A stretch of DNA of 64,000 nucleotides, from contig CAXXXD010000003.1 in assembly GCA_963663385.2 (NCBI GenBank), positions 1,024,001-1,088,000 of the forward strand, read 5' to 3'. The translations under genes and the position numbers were made by a program. Positions 47,384 to 59,000 of this stretch are shown one piece after another. Source of the DNA: Oceanispirochaeta sp. Lineage in GTDB: Bacteria; Spirochaetota; Spirochaetia; DSM-2461. Below the pieces are notes generated by a model, which searched no databases, was not told the origin of the DNA, and saw only the letters and a program-made list of their open reading frames with translations. The stretch's first letter is position 1. The number at the start of each line of letters is the position of its first letter.

Positions 47384-48589
47384 ATGAATCCCTACAGGGC
47401 TGCCTTGTACATCCATATCCCTTTCTGCACCAGAAAGTGTGATTACTGTGATTTCTTTTCCATCTGCGATTACAGCTATTGCCAATCTGTGGTTCAGACC
47501 ATTCTCAACCAGATCGTGAGGGACATGTCTAACTACTGTATCGGCGGGTTCACCTCTGTTTACATAGGCGGCGGTACTCCCGGATCCATCAATCCGGAGC
47601 TGATCGTTTCAATTCTTGAAAAGGTAAAAATCGTGAATCACGGGTGCCTTCCTGAAGAGGTGACCCTCGAATGCAATCCAGAAAACATACAATTATCTTC
47701 ACTGGATATCTGGCGATCGGGTGGTATTAATCGAATCAGTATGGGGATCCAGTCCTTTCAGGATGAGTTTTTAGAGCGTGCCGGGCGAAACAGCAGTCGC
47801 CAAACCATTGAACAGGCTCTCGGATATCTGAAAGAGTGCTCGGATTTCACTGTCAGCCTGGATCTGATTCAGGGGTTGCCCGGTATGAACCGGAAAGCCC
47901 AGTTGAAGGATCTGCAGGAAGCCATCAGCTATCAGCCTGATCATATATCCTGGTACAGTCTCTCTCTGGAAGAAGGAACTGTGTTGTCCGATCAATGGGG
48001 AAAAAGGCAGAATCTTACTTTGGATGAGCAGGAAGCGGACCGTATCTGGAAGGAAGGATGTTCACTGCTGGATCGGGCGGGGTATAAACGCTATGAGGTA
48101 TCAAACTTTGCCTTTGAGGGTTTTGAGAGCAGACACAACAGGGCTTACTGGAAGATGTATCCCTACCTTGGCTGTGGCCCCGGAGCTGTCTCCATGATTC
48201 TGAATAGGGACGGACAGATAGAGAGGCATCGAGTTGTCACGGATGTCCCTTCCTATGCAATGGGCCAGGTGAAACTGGATAGCAGGGAAATCATTGGAGG
48301 GACGGATTTTATCAAGGACTTCCTGCTGATGGGCCTTCGAATGACTGAAGGAATTGAACTCGGCTCTTTTTTCCGTATTTTTGGAAGATCAATTGAGGAC
48401 TGTATCCCGGAAAGTTTGAATAAATTCCTGAATAATGGCTTTCTGTTCCATGCGGGGAATTCCCTCCAGGCAACTTCTGCCGGTCTGGATATGCTTAACA
48501 CAATACTGATTACCTTTTTTGAAGAACTTGACGGAACCTTTCCTGCGGGAGGAGTCAATTGGCCCTTACAGAACCCCGGGGATTCTTGA
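47384..48589 (+). CDS. hemW: Radical-SAM heme chaperone HemW (HemN-like)
   Basis: LYIHIPFCTRKCDYCDF, GGGTP, RISMGIQSF, YEVSNFA, HNRAYW. Confidence 0.88.
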   Translation: MNPYRAALYIHIPFCTRKCDYCDFFSICDYSYCQSVVQTILNQIVRDMSNYCIGGFTSVYIGGGTPGSINPELIVSILEKVKIVNHGCLPEEVTLECNPENIQLSSLDIWRSGGINRISMGIQSFQDEFLERAGRNSSRQTIEQALGYLKECSDFTVSLDLIQGLPGMNRKAQLKDLQEAISYQPDHISWYSLSLEEGTVLSDQWGKRQNLTLDEQEADRIWKEGCSLLDRAGYKRYEVSNFAFEGFESRHNRAYWKMYPYLGCGPGAVSMILNRDGQIERHRVVTDVPSYAMGQVKLDSREIIGGTDFIKDFLLMGLRMTEGIELGSFFRIFGRSIEDCIPESLNKFLNNGFLFHAGNSLQATSAGLDMLNTILITFFEELDGTFPAGGVNWPLQNPGDS

Positions 48590-48649
48590 CAGCTTGATTT
48601 TCGTTGTGTTATTTTTTACGGGATTTACTTTTATACATGAGGAGAATAT

Positions 48650-49390
48650 ATGTCAGGTCATAGTAAATGGCATACTATAAAGCATAAGAAAGGCGCACTC
48701 GATGCCAAACGAGGAAAACTTTTTACAAAGATTATAAAGGAAATTACCGTAGCGGCGAAAATGGGCGGTGCTGATCTGGAGGCCAATGCGGCTCTCAGAA
48801 CAGTTGTATTGAAAGCAAAAGCGGCTAACATGCCAAAAGATAATATCGAAAAAGCCATCAAGAAGGGATCGGGAGATATGGATGGAGTGGATTACGTCGA
48901 ACTCCAGTATGAAGCCTATGCACCCGGAGGAGTCGGCCTGCTGATCGATACCCTGACAGACAATAAGAACCGGACTGCTGCGGATGTCAGAAGCATCCTG
49001 AACAAGGGGGGAGGTTCTCTGGCTGCTACCGGTGCGGTGTCCTACCAGTTTAAAAGAAAAGGGATTATCTCCTACAGTGGAGAGAGTGTGGATTTCGAGA
49101 CTCTTTTCGAAGCAGCCCTTGAAGCCGGTGCGGAAGACGTTACCGACGATGACGGTGCTATTGAAGTTGTAACTGAACCCGGAGATTTCGAAACAGTACT
49201 TACAGCTCTGCAGGAAGCGGGATTTGAACAGCTGGGCGCGGAAGTTTCAATGGTTCCCGATAATACGGTTACCCTGGATGACGAGCATACCGCCAAGGTT
49301 CTGAGACTGATTGACCGTCTGGAAGACAACGACGATGTTCAGTCTGTTGCCAGCAACCTGGATGTTCCTGCCGATTTCGAAATGGAATAA
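48650..49390 (+). CDS. yebC: YebC/PmpR family protein
   Basis: MSGHSKWHTIKHKK, TDNKNRT, LEDNDDVQ. Confidence 0.96.
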   Translation: MSGHSKWHTIKHKKGALDAKRGKLFTKIIKEITVAAKMGGADLEANAALRTVVLKAKAANMPKDNIEKAIKKGSGDMDGVDYVELQYEAYAPGGVGLLIDTLTDNKNRTAADVRSILNKGGGSLAATGAVSYQFKRKGIISYSGESVDFETLFEAALEAGAEDVTDDDGAIEVVTEPGDFETVLTALQEAGFEQLGAEVSMVPDNTVTLDDEHTAKVLRLIDRLEDNDDVQSVASNLDVPADFEME

Positions 49391-49869
49391 TGCCCCTTAT
49401 TATGGGAATAGATCCCGGCCTGGCACACGCCGGTTGGGGGATGGTAAGCCACGATGGACTGCGGGGGCGGTATGTGGCTCATGGTGTTATCAACACGAAA
49501 AATAATCAGCCCCCGTCTCTGAGACTGCAGAGCCTCTTTAGGGGGCTCTGTTCTGTTATAGAGGAGTATAAGCCGGAAGCAGCCGGAATCGAGACCCTGT
49601 ATTTTGCCAGAAATGTCAAATCGGCCCTTCCCGTAGCAGAAGCCCGGGGGGTGCTGCTGCTGGCTCTGGCAGAATCGGGTGTTCCGGCTTATGAGTATAC
49701 CCCGCTTCAGATCAAACAGGCGGTTGTAGGAAACGGCCGGGCTGATAAGAACCAGGTCCAGATGATGGTAGCTCTTCTGCTTAAGCTGACGGAAGCGCCG
49801 AAACCTGATCATGCGGCGGATGCTCTTGCTGCTGCTATCTGCCATGCCCATACGGGAGGACGATTGTGA
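49390..49869 (+). CDS. ruvC: Holliday junction resolvase
   Basis: GIDPG, IETLYF, EYTPLQIK, DHAADALAAAICH. Confidence 0.96.
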   Translation: MPLIMGIDPGLAHAGWGMVSHDGLRGRYVAHGVINTKNNQPPSLRLQSLFRGLCSVIEEYKPEAAGIETLYFARNVKSALPVAEARGVLLLALAESGVPAYEYTPLQIKQAVVGNGRADKNQVQMMVALLLKLTEAPKPDHAADALAAAICHAHTGGRL

Positions 49870-50468
49870 TTAATAGCCTGCGCGGCACCATTACCGAAAA
49901 AAACGTTAATTCGGTTTGTCTGGAGATTCAGGGCGTCGAATGGCAGCTTGAAACATCTGCTATGACCGTCGGCTCTACTCCTTCTGTCGGATCGGAAGGG
50001 AAGCTTTTCACCTGGCTCTACCATAAGGAAGATATGATGGCTCTTTATGGTTTCTCCACGAAAAATGAGCGTTACCTCTTTCTTGATCTGATTTCGGTAA
50101 GCGGTGTAGGTCCTAAGGGCGCTTTAAAAATTCTTTCTGCAGCCAGGGCTGATCAGATTGTTCAGTACCTTGAGGATGAAAACCTGGACGGCCTTTCCTC
50201 GCTTCCCGGGCTTGGCAAGAAAACCGCTCAAAAAATCCTGCTTCAGCTGAAGGGAAAACTGACCTGGGACGACGGTACCGGCAGCAGCGTTGGTACTGGC
50301 GGCCCGGGAGTGGAGTGGATTGAATCACTTGTGGCCATGGGTTTTGAAAAACGTCATGTAGAGAGGGTTGTTAAAAATCTGATGAAGGATGAAGGTATTC
50401 AAAACTTTTCGGAAGAGAAAAAAGAGCAGGAAATCCTCAGACGCGCTATTATTGAGTTGAGTACCTAG
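49866..50468 (+). CDS. ruvA: Holliday junction branch migration protein
   Basis: MINSLRG, LYGF, VSGVGPK, PGLGKKTA. Confidence 0.95.
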   Translation: MINSLRGTITEKNVNSVCLEIQGVEWQLETSAMTVGSTPSVGSEGKLFTWLYHKEDMMALYGFSTKNERYLFLDLISVSGVGPKGALKILSAARADQIVQYLEDENLDGLSSLPGLGKKTAQKILLQLKGKLTWDDGTGSSVGTGGPGVEWIESLVAMGFEKRHVERVVKNLMKDEGIQNFSEEKKEQEILRRAIIELST

Positions 50469-50480
50469 GAGGCCGCAGGA

Positions 50481-51506
50481 ATGACGGAAGACAGTATACT
50501 GTCCGGATTACCCTACCAGGGAGAAGAACCGGCAGATAATCCCATCCGCCCGAAATTACTGGAAGAATTCCTTGGACAGGAAGATATAAAAAGTAACCTG
50601 AAGGTTTTTATCAAGGCAGCCAGGGATCGGCAGGAACCTCTGGATCATGTATTTCTTTCCGGCCCTCCGGGTCTGGGAAAAACAACACTTGCCGGTATCA
50701 TGGCAAACGAGCTGGGAGTGGAAACCAGGGTCACTTCCGCACCGGCACTGGATAAACCCAAGGATCTGGCTGGTCTGCTTACAACCATATCCGATAGAAC
50801 CGTTTTTTTTATCGATGAAATTCATCGTCTTAAACCGGCCATCGAAGAGATGCTCTACATTGCCATGGAGGATTATGAACTGGACTGGATTATTGGTCAG
50901 GGGCCTTCGGCCCGTACCATTCGTATTCCCGTACCTCCCTTTACCATGGTGGGAGCTACAACAAAACCGGGACGCGTCGCCAGTCCTCTGTATACCCGTT
51001 TCGGCATAAATGTAAGGATGAACTTCTACAATTATCAGGAACTTCAGCAGATTATCCGCAGGAGTGCGGCCATCCTGAAGATTACCATCACATCTGATGC
51101 GGCGGTATTGCTGGCAGGCTCCAGCAGGGGGACTCCCCGTGTGGCCAACCGGCTGCTCAGGCGTATGCGTGATTTTGCCCAGGTGGAAGGGGAGGGCATT
51201 ATTACAGAGGATATCGTCCGCTCCGGTTTACACCGTTTGCAGGTGGATGAAAAGGGGCTGGAACGGGTAGACCGAGAGATCCTCAGGGCTCTGATCGAGA
51301 AATACGGCGGCGGTCCTGTGGGAGCGGAAACCCTGGCCATATCCGTTGGAGAGGGGATTGACTCTCTGGAGGATTTCTATGAACCCTACATGATACAGCA
51401 GGGGTTTCTGAAAAGAACACCCCGCGGCCGGGTGGCAACACCCCTGGCCTATAAACATATTGGATTGGAACAAGGTAACGATGAAAATCAAGGACTTCTC
51501 TTTTAA
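50481..51506 (+). CDS. ruvB: Holliday junction branch migration ATPase
   Basis: [42 protein letters not shown]. Confidence 0.97.
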   Translation: MTEDSILSGLPYQGEEPADNPIRPKLLEEFLGQEDIKSNLKVFIKAARDRQEPLDHVFLSGPPGLGKTTLAGIMANELGVETRVTSAPALDKPKDLAGLLTTISDRTVFFIDEIHRLKPAIEEMLYIAMEDYELDWIIGQGPSARTIRIPVPPFTMVGATTKPGRVASPLYTRFGINVRMNFYNYQELQQIIRRSAAILKITITSDAAVLLAGSSRGTPRVANRLLRRMRDFAQVEGEGIITEDIVRSGLHRLQVDEKGLERVDREILRALIEKYGGGPVGAETLAISVGEGIDSLEDFYEPYMIQQGFLKRTPRGRVATPLAYKHIGLEQGNDENQGLLF

Positions 51507-52500
51507 TCTGCCCCAGGAACTGATTGCCCAGAATCCCCCGGAAGAAAGGGGAACCGCAAAGCTTATGGTTCTGGACAGGAAAGATAAAACTGTAAAACAC
51601 AGAAATATGCAGGATTTTCCGGAGCTGGTGGAGCCGGGAACCCTTGTGGTATTTAATAATTCCCGGGTACGTAAAGCCCGTGTATATGCTCATTCAGAAA
51701 CCGGAGGGAAGGTTGAGTTCTTCTTTCTGGAACAGGTGGATAAAACCCATTGGAAGTGTATGGTCTCAAAGGCCAAAAAACAGCGCAGAGGCAAAGTCCT
51801 CATCTTTCCCGGTGCTGTGAGAGGCACCATTCTGGAGGAGTTGTCCACAAACCACCGTCTGGTGGAATTCTCCGGCAGGATTGATGAGGAGTGGCTGGAG
51901 GAACATGGTCATATCCCTCTACCTCCCTACATCAAGCGGGAAGATACAGCTGACGACAGTGAGCGTTACCAGTCGGTTTTCTCCCGGGAGACAGGTTCTG
52001 TCGCTGCTCCGACAGCCAGCCTTCACTTTACTCAGGATATACTGGACAGGTTGGAAAAAAAGGGGGTAGAGACAGCATTCGTTACCCTCCATGTAGGACT
52101 GGGGACATTCGAACCTGTCCGCGCGGAATATCTGTTTGATCACAGGATGCATGAAGAACAGTTTTTTATCTCAGATGAAACGGCTGACAAGATTGAAAAG
52201 GCCAAAAGGGAAGGCCGGCCTGTTCTGGCTGTGGGGACCACCAGTATACGGACTCTGGAATCCGCCTGGCGGGAAGGTTCTCTTCACAGGGGATATAATT
52301 CCACCAGCCTTTTTATCTATCCCGGGTATGAGTTTAAAGTGGTAGACAGGGTTTTTACAAATTTTCATACACCCGAATCCACTCTGCTGGTACTGGTGTC
52401 GACCTTCGCCGGACAGGAGTATATCCGAAATGCCTATGCGGAAGCTGTAAAGGAGAAGTATAAGTTTTTCTCATATGGCGATGCAATGCTGATCTATTAG
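51481..52500 (+). CDS. queA: S-adenosylmethionine:tRNA ribosyltransferase-isomerase
   Basis: [52 protein letters not shown]. Confidence 0.97.
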   Translation: MKIKDFSFNLPQELIAQNPPEERGTAKLMVLDRKDKTVKHRNMQDFPELVEPGTLVVFNNSRVRKARVYAHSETGGKVEFFFLEQVDKTHWKCMVSKAKKQRRGKVLIFPGAVRGTILEELSTNHRLVEFSGRIDEEWLEEHGHIPLPPYIKREDTADDSERYQSVFSRETGSVAAPTASLHFTQDILDRLEKKGVETAFVTLHVGLGTFEPVRAEYLFDHRMHEEQFFISDETADKIEKAKREGRPVLAVGTTSIRTLESAWREGSLHRGYNSTSLFIYPGYEFKVVDRVFTNFHTPESTLLVLVSTFAGQEYIRNAYAEAVKEKYKFFSYGDAMLIY

Positions 52501-52514
52501 AAGGTATAGGCGGT

Positions 52515-53126
52515 TCAGTAGGTTGTTTCGTCCATGGACTGAAACTTTTCCCTGACTTCCTGAAGCCGCTTCAGTTCCCTTTCGAGGGTTCTGCCGTAAT
52601 TCAGTTCGCCTTCCTGTATTCTGCAGGATTCATCCTCCCAAAACTGAATTCCCTCGATAAACATCCAGGCAAATTTCCGATCCTGGGCTTTGGCTGACCA
52701 CTCAACGGCGTCTTCCCAGAAGTTCAGGGCGTATCGGTAGCACTCTTCTGCCGTATCCAGGCTGTCCAGGTTCGAGTATTTCCAGGGATAGTTATAGAAA
52801 TAGGCATTTCTCTTGTTGTATTTATTACCCAATTGGATATAACTGTCTATCAGGCGAAGGTTAACATGCATGTAAAAAAGGTAACGGTACTTTTCCCACT
52901 CCCTCTCATCCTCAATCTTTCCCAGGGCATTCAAAGGGTTGGCAAAATCCGAACGGAGGGCCATCCCCAGGTAATGGATGTTTTCCATGGAGTCTTCCGG
53001 ATACTGATACAGATGCTGATGATACAGCTTGTACCACTGTTCGGCATAGAGAATCTTATACGCCCAGAGCGGGTATGCTGTTAATAACAGGCAGATCATT
53101 ACTGCTGTTGTTTTTAGAGTTCTCAC
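52515..53126 (-). CDS. Exported helical hypothetical protein
   Basis: Signal peptide, aromatic-rich helical body; co-oriented downstream of tmk. Confidence 0.7.
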   Translation of the reverse strand: MRTLKTTAVMICLLLTAYPLWAYKILYAEQWYKLYHQHLYQYPEDSMENIHYLGMALRSDFANPLNALGKIEDEREWEKYRYLFYMHVNLRLIDSYIQLGNKYNKRNAYFYNYPWKYSNLDSLDTAEECYRYALNFWEDAVEWSAKAQDRKFAWMFIEGIQFWEDESCRIQEGELNYGRTLERELKRLQEVREKFQSMDETTY

Positions 53127-53155
53127 AGTAACCTTATCGGCTTATCCGGGGAGAT

Positions 53156-53752
53156 TTATAAACCAAGGATACTCAGTATTTCCGAAGTTATGGCTTCGGG
53201 AGACATCTCACCGTTTATTCTCTGCAGAACATCCTTTTTATTATCCAGAGTGGAAAAGGCTCTTTCATAATTCCCGGCTACACGCTTTTGCAGCTGTTCC
53301 GTTTCGTATATATCCTCGCTGCTGCGCCTGCCCCTCCGTCTGGCAGAGGTTTCAAGGGAACACTCAAGGAACAGGCAGACATCGGGGTGGGGAAAATCCT
53401 TATTCAAATCCCAGACAGTTTCAAAGGGCAGATCAAGAGACTGATAAGCCAGGGAGGAGTAGAGGTAGCGGTCGCAGAAGACCCACTGGCCTTGTGACAG
53501 GTGTTTGCTGATTGCTTTCAGATGTTCTCTCCGGTCGGCTGCAAACAGCTGCGCCAGGGTCAGGAAATCCGCCTCTTCCCTTTTTTCGAGTACTGCCCGG
53601 GCTGCCTGACCGATAAATCCGTCGGATGGTTCGAAGGTAACCCAGCAGGGAATATCGTTTTTATTGCAGAAATCCTTCAGTCTTTTCAGCTGAGTGGTTG
53701 TCCCGGCACCGTCCAGACCTTCCAGAACAACAAATTTATTCTTTAAACTCAT
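53156..53752 (-). CDS. tmk: Thymidylate kinase
   Basis: EGLDGAGTTTQ, EPS, LFAADRREH, CDRYLYSSLAYQ. Confidence 0.94.
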   Translation of the reverse strand: MSLKNKFVVLEGLDGAGTTTQLKRLKDFCNKNDIPCWVTFEPSDGFIGQAARAVLEKREEADFLTLAQLFAADRREHLKAISKHLSQGQWVFCDRYLYSSLAYQSLDLPFETVWDLNKDFPHPDVCLFLECSLETSARRRGRRSSEDIYETEQLQKRVAGNYERAFSTLDNKKDVLQRINGEMSPEAITSEILSILGL

Positions 53753-53798
53753 ATAGTGTCCTTGCGTATTCATTGTATTACGATAGAATAATACACAA

Positions 53799-55265
53799 AT
53801 GCGCATTCTGACCATACTACTAATTACATACTTGACTGTTCCGCCCCTGTTTGGTCAGTCCTCAGACCGAATCGAGATGAGCCGGGATGTGGAATATTAC
53901 AGGAATACCGGACCGGATACGCCCCTGCCCGATGTTTATATGCCGGTAAACTATCCGGAGCTTACGGATAGTACATTAAATATAACCCTATCACTTGATA
54001 AATGGGGACCTGAACAGAGAAAAGCGCTTCAGCAATATGTAATCCTGGATCCTTATGAGTTTTTGCTGCCGGTTCCCGGGGTTTCCCGCCGGATATCCGA
54101 TCAGAAACTTTCAGATCTGTTTCTGAAGTGTTCAGCCCGGACAGGTATGCTTGCCTCTCTGGAACAGAATATGAAAAAGAATCCTTCTGAAATCTTCTTC
54201 AGTGCCTATACGGACTGGCCTGATAGGAATCTGAGCACTCCCCAATGGATCAGCGGGGGGTATCACTACCAGGATCGTTCTGATATAAAAACAGGCGCTG
54301 CTTTCCGTAGCGGCACAAAAAACTCATTATACGGATTTGGAAGTTTTAAAGACAGTTACAGTTCTCCGGTCTTTCAGTTTATCCCGGATTTATTCTGTGT
54401 TCTCAGGTCTGGACGGGAGGGGGTAGAGGAGATCCGCTCCAATATCCGCACAGACCTGATCCTAACTGACAACCCCTGGTCTCCCAGGGTGGAGCTGGAA
54501 GGGGGCGGCTACTGTCAGGATGAATTCCCCAATGGAGATTATCGGATCCGCGGGGGAGTCGGAGCTTCCCGGCAGGGGGGGGGCAAAAGTGATCTCGAAT
54601 GGAGAAGCGATGCGGTTCTATCCCTTTCCTACAAGAATAATGATCATTCCCTTCAGTTCTCCGGAGAAGGTAACCTTATTTTCGTAACACCCGGAGATAT
54701 CAGTTTTTTTCTAGGTATAAAGCGGGATGATCCGGACTGGGAGTCACGGCTGTATCTGGGATTGTATGAGGATAATCCGGATGGCTTGTTTCAGTTCTCC
54801 TCCTGTCAGGACGGAGGAGCCGGTTTCTTTTTGAAAAACTCCCTCTGGGAGTATTATATGAAAGGCGGTGTCCGTTGGGGAGAGTTCATTGAACAAACCG
54901 ATTCTGTCTATATCACGGAAAATGGTTTAATCTCCTACGGGGATATGCAAATTCGCTATAAAAAAGAGTCTTTGCCGGTAACCGATATATCCTTTCATGC
55001 CGAACATTTAAGTAAGAATGATTTGCAGTTTAAAGGGGAAGTCCTCTGGTATTTTCGGGAAAGCAGCTGGAGCGCCGGTTTCAGGTTTGGTCATTACAAC
55101 CCTGTTGCAGCCGATTTAAATACTCTTGTGGTGAATGAAAAGTTCCTGTATGGTCTTTCTACAACATGGAAGGGTTGGGATAGTACACAGCTTACCCTGT
55201 TTACTGATTGCTACCCGGATGAACAACTGCTGGATGGAGGCGTGTCACTCTGGTTGTCTTATTAG
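53799..55265 (+). CDS. Exported hypothetical protein, probable outer-membrane beta-barrel
   Basis: Signal peptide; Gly/aromatic amphipathic strands; C-terminal GVSLWLSY resembling a beta-signal. Confidence 0.55.
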   Translation: MRILTILLITYLTVPPLFGQSSDRIEMSRDVEYYRNTGPDTPLPDVYMPVNYPELTDSTLNITLSLDKWGPEQRKALQQYVILDPYEFLLPVPGVSRRISDQKLSDLFLKCSARTGMLASLEQNMKKNPSEIFFSAYTDWPDRNLSTPQWISGGYHYQDRSDIKTGAAFRSGTKNSLYGFGSFKDSYSSPVFQFIPDLFCVLRSGREGVEEIRSNIRTDLILTDNPWSPRVELEGGGYCQDEFPNGDYRIRGGVGASRQGGGKSDLEWRSDAVLSLSYKNNDHSLQFSGEGNLIFVTPGDISFFLGIKRDDPDWESRLYLGLYEDNPDGLFQFSSCQDGGAGFFLKNSLWEYYMKGGVRWGEFIEQTDSVYITENGLISYGDMQIRYKKESLPVTDISFHAEHLSKNDLQFKGEVLWYFRESSWSAGFRFGHYNPVAADLNTLVVNEKFLYGLSTTWKGWDSTQLTLFTDCYPDEQLLDGGVSLWLSY

Positions 55266-55284
55266 ATTTTACCGTTTGATCGTT

Positions 55285-56076
55285 ATGAAAAAAGCTGTAT
55301 TCCTCTCAATTTTGATTCACACTCTGCTTTTTACTCTGGCGCTATACCTCCTTCCCAAACCTGTGAAAATGGACGTCTACAGGGTTCTCAGGATCAATTT
55401 TGAACAGGCTCTGGAACATGAGTCAATAGAGAATACGGTGATACCTGAACTCCGGGAACCCCTGCAGGATATAGATGTACCGGAAGTTATATCGGAAATG
55501 ACTGAGCCTGAAATAATAGTATCTGAACAGGAAGCCATCCCTGTACTTCAGAAAGAAACTGTCATTTCCGAGAAAAAAAATCCTGCCCTGCAGAATCCTG
55601 TTGAGGAAGAAAAGGATTTTCCGGAAAATATACCTGATGGCACAGGTTCATTAATCACTGATTCTGATACAATAACTAATGAGAAAAGTCCCGCGGCGCT
55701 TCCGTCCGGGCAGGATGAAATGGTCGATGTCAGACAATCCGGTGAAATAACACAGGATGAGAAAAATAATAGTCCCCTGGAAATCAGCTGGGCAGATGGA
55801 AAAAACAGGGCTCTTCTCAATGGTGATTCACCACAGGTGGACACATCAGGAAACAGCCTTCTTATGGATACGGTCCGGATCTGTTTTATAGTGCAGTTCG
55901 ACGGGACTGTTTCCAATGTCCGGATTGTTCCTCCCGGGAGTAACAGTTTTCAGGTTGACAGGCAGCTGAGGGAGTGGGCGAATCTTCTCCTGTTTGAAAA
56001 ACGGGAAGAGAACGATTCTGCTGCGGAAGGAATTATAACGATTAATCTGAAAGTCAGGGAGTACTCCCTGCCATGA
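55285..56076 (+). CDS. TonB-like energy transducer
   Basis: N-terminal TM with SILIH (SxxxH), Glu/Pro-rich linker, C-terminal VRICFIVQFDGTVSNVRI..S.S..VD domain. Confidence 0.7.
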   Translation: MKKAVFLSILIHTLLFTLALYLLPKPVKMDVYRVLRINFEQALEHESIENTVIPELREPLQDIDVPEVISEMTEPEIIVSEQEAIPVLQKETVISEKKNPALQNPVEEEKDFPENIPDGTGSLITDSDTITNEKSPAALPSGQDEMVDVRQSGEITQDEKNNSPLEISWADGKNRALLNGDSPQVDTSGNSLLMDTVRICFIVQFDGTVSNVRIVPPGSNSFQVDRQLREWANLLLFEKREENDSAAEGIITINLKVREYSLP

Positions 56077-59000
56077 ACAAGCTTTCTCGTCTGTTCCCGC
56101 ATATAATACAGATTTTGCTGGTGCTCCTGTCAATATGGGGCAGTTATCTCGGATTTAATCGAATTAAGCAGAATACCGATGCTCTTATGATCGGCCTGAA
56201 AAGCCGTGTAATCATTTCTGTTGAAGAATTGCTGGGATATCAGATCGGGTATGAGGAAATATCCCCCTCATTTCTCAGTTTTTTTGAAATTCGCGATCTC
56301 TCCCTGACTCATCCGGAAACCGGGGAGCAAATTCTGCAGATCAGGAATCTGAAGCTGTTTTACAACCCTCTGAGCTATTTTCTGAAACCCTCCGGGAACG
56401 TACTCATTTCCCATATAAATATAACCGGATTAACCCTGTCATTCGATTCGGAACGGGACCAGAGGCTTTCGGAACTCTTCTCATCATCCGGAAGGGATAA
56501 CCGTTCTTCCGGGCCACTCGATTTAAGCCGTTATTTTTCAGGTCGTATTCGTATACGGTCCTGGTCGTTACATTACCGCGGTCCAGAGGAATCGATACTG
56601 TTCGAAGGTAATACGTTAACTCTGAAGCAGCAGGATGATTACATGAGGGTAAAGCTGAATGGACATTTCAGCTTTATCCGTTCTGCTTCAGATTTCCCGC
56701 TGGGTAGAATCGTTTTCGATGTATCCATAACCGGAAACCTTCAGAACAACCTGGGTGGATTTAACCTGATTGGAGACTTCCGGGATGTTCAGTCCAACCT
56801 TTTTGACATACCCCGGCAGGAGTTGAATCTACGTTTTGACGGAAACGAATTTAAGCTGGCTAAAGTTCGGGACAGACAGCCTTATGATATGAATCTGGTT
56901 TTTAAAAGCAATAAACTTAGAGTGGATTTCAATGCCGATCAATTCTCACCAGGTAAAATCATAACCCTGAAGGGTTCTCTCGAAAGTTTCGATCCCTGGT
57001 TATCGACAATACTGTCCGGGACGGGGCATTTTGAAATATCCCTTGATGAAGGTTCAATGCTGTATGGTTACGATGGAACGGCTTTTGTAAAAAACGAAAT
57101 TCTTCCTTTTCCGGTAAATGCTGAAATCAGGGCTAACGGCAATGAAAGTATCCTTTTTGCAGATCAGCTTACGGTTTCTACTGTATACGGAACCTATGCT
57201 TTTTCCGGAGAGTGGGCTTTCCTTGATAAATTCCCGAAAGGAGAGCTGTCGTTCTTTCAGATGCCGGTGTTGGGAGATATTACAATGGAGGGGAATCTGT
57301 TTCTCGGGGAGGTTGAAGACTATTTCTACATAAGATCAGAGAATCTTGAGCTGAGCAGCGGATGGCATCCGGGAAATCTGAAGGTTCTGATCTCCCGTAA
57401 TGGAGATTCTTTTGTCTATTCCCTGCGTTCGGATCTCAACCCTTCCAATTCGTTTAGGGATCAGATTCTATTGAATGGGGAATTCTCATTTAATGAAACC
57501 TTTCGTTTAAAATCTTCGTATGTCATTAACCAGTTCAGCATGGAGACCCTCAGGGCCTTTCTCCCTGTCGATCAGGATGTACTTTCCAATCCCCTGCTTG
57601 GAAATCTGGTGCTGCAGACAGATGGAAACCTTACTGTTGATGGCAGAGATTATTATATCAGGATGCAGGATCTCCGAATCAGTTCTCCCGACGGGAACAG
57701 AAATCTGAAATGCCGCGGGTTTATATCTCCTGAAGAGTTTGAAATTTTTTCTCTGGAGATGAACTGGGATGATAATTATCTGCTCGGATCACTTCAGGGG
57801 CTTTTGACTCAAGGTGAGATCAATCTGGAATCCACATGGAATCTGAATAACAATACCTATCTTGTAAACAGTGTATATTCGGATGGCAAATTGTCGTTTA
57901 TCGGGAACTACGGTCTTAAAGGACAGGTCTATAAGGACCCCTCCTCAGGTTTTCTCGCTACAGTAGAAACCAGTAACTATCCCCTTACATGGAACGGGCA
58001 GAACCTCCGTTCATCCCTCAATTTGAGGGGGCGGTACCGGAATGATGATTGGGAGTTATATCTGAAAGATTCGGAATTCCTCTGGGAGAATTCTGATATC
58101 CTGATGAATCCAGCCCTTAAGCTTACTGCATATGTGGCACCCGGAGCCGCCAATATCTTTTCCATGGAGTACAGGGATGATTTTTCTGTGCTGAAAGGAA
58201 GCGGTTCTCTCTTCTACGACCTTAACCAGAATATTTTTAATGGCAGTATAAATTTGAGTGAAGGAAAATCTGGTTCAACTAATGAAACCTATTCTGTTTA
58301 CTGTGTTTATAATGACGGGATCCTTTCATCCACTCTGCAGATTCAAAATGCCCTCCTTGACCGTTTCGCCCGGTCTGGATTAAAGGGGGCGGTTGATTCT
58401 GATGTAACCATTGACGGATCTCTTACCGCCCCCGTTATTGAAGGGAGTCTTGCCTCCAGTAATTTTGAGTATGGAGGCAACCAGATGGCTTTCAACGGAC
58501 GCTTTCAACTTAACAGGGAACGGATCGAGTTATATGACATCAATGTCAAAAGAAATAGTGTAACCTTGTCCCGTGGGTTGGGGTTTTTTAATTTTCGGGA
58601 AGGCAATCTGATGCTGACAACAAGAGTGAGTACGGACAGCGGAGGAGAAGAAGGAGGAAGTCGGAAACTGCCCGTAGAAACAGGGTTGACTATTATGATA
58701 GATTTGCAGGATGCCGTTGAATTCAATCAGTTGAAAAGTCTGGCGGAACGGGATTTTACAGGAAGATTCAGAACCCATCCGATTCAGTGGAACGGAATTG
58801 TAACCTATCCGGCCCGGGTTGTTGAGTTTGAACGGAAAGGGATGGAGCTTGCAGGACGTTTGCTGAGTGATTCATCCCAGAAATTTCGTTATAACCTGAA
58901 TAATAAAAATATCGAGATCGAAATAGGGGATTCCTTTCCTGTTTCCTTCAGTATGAAAGGGAACCTTGATCCGGAACAGCTGGATATGGACTTCAGCAAT

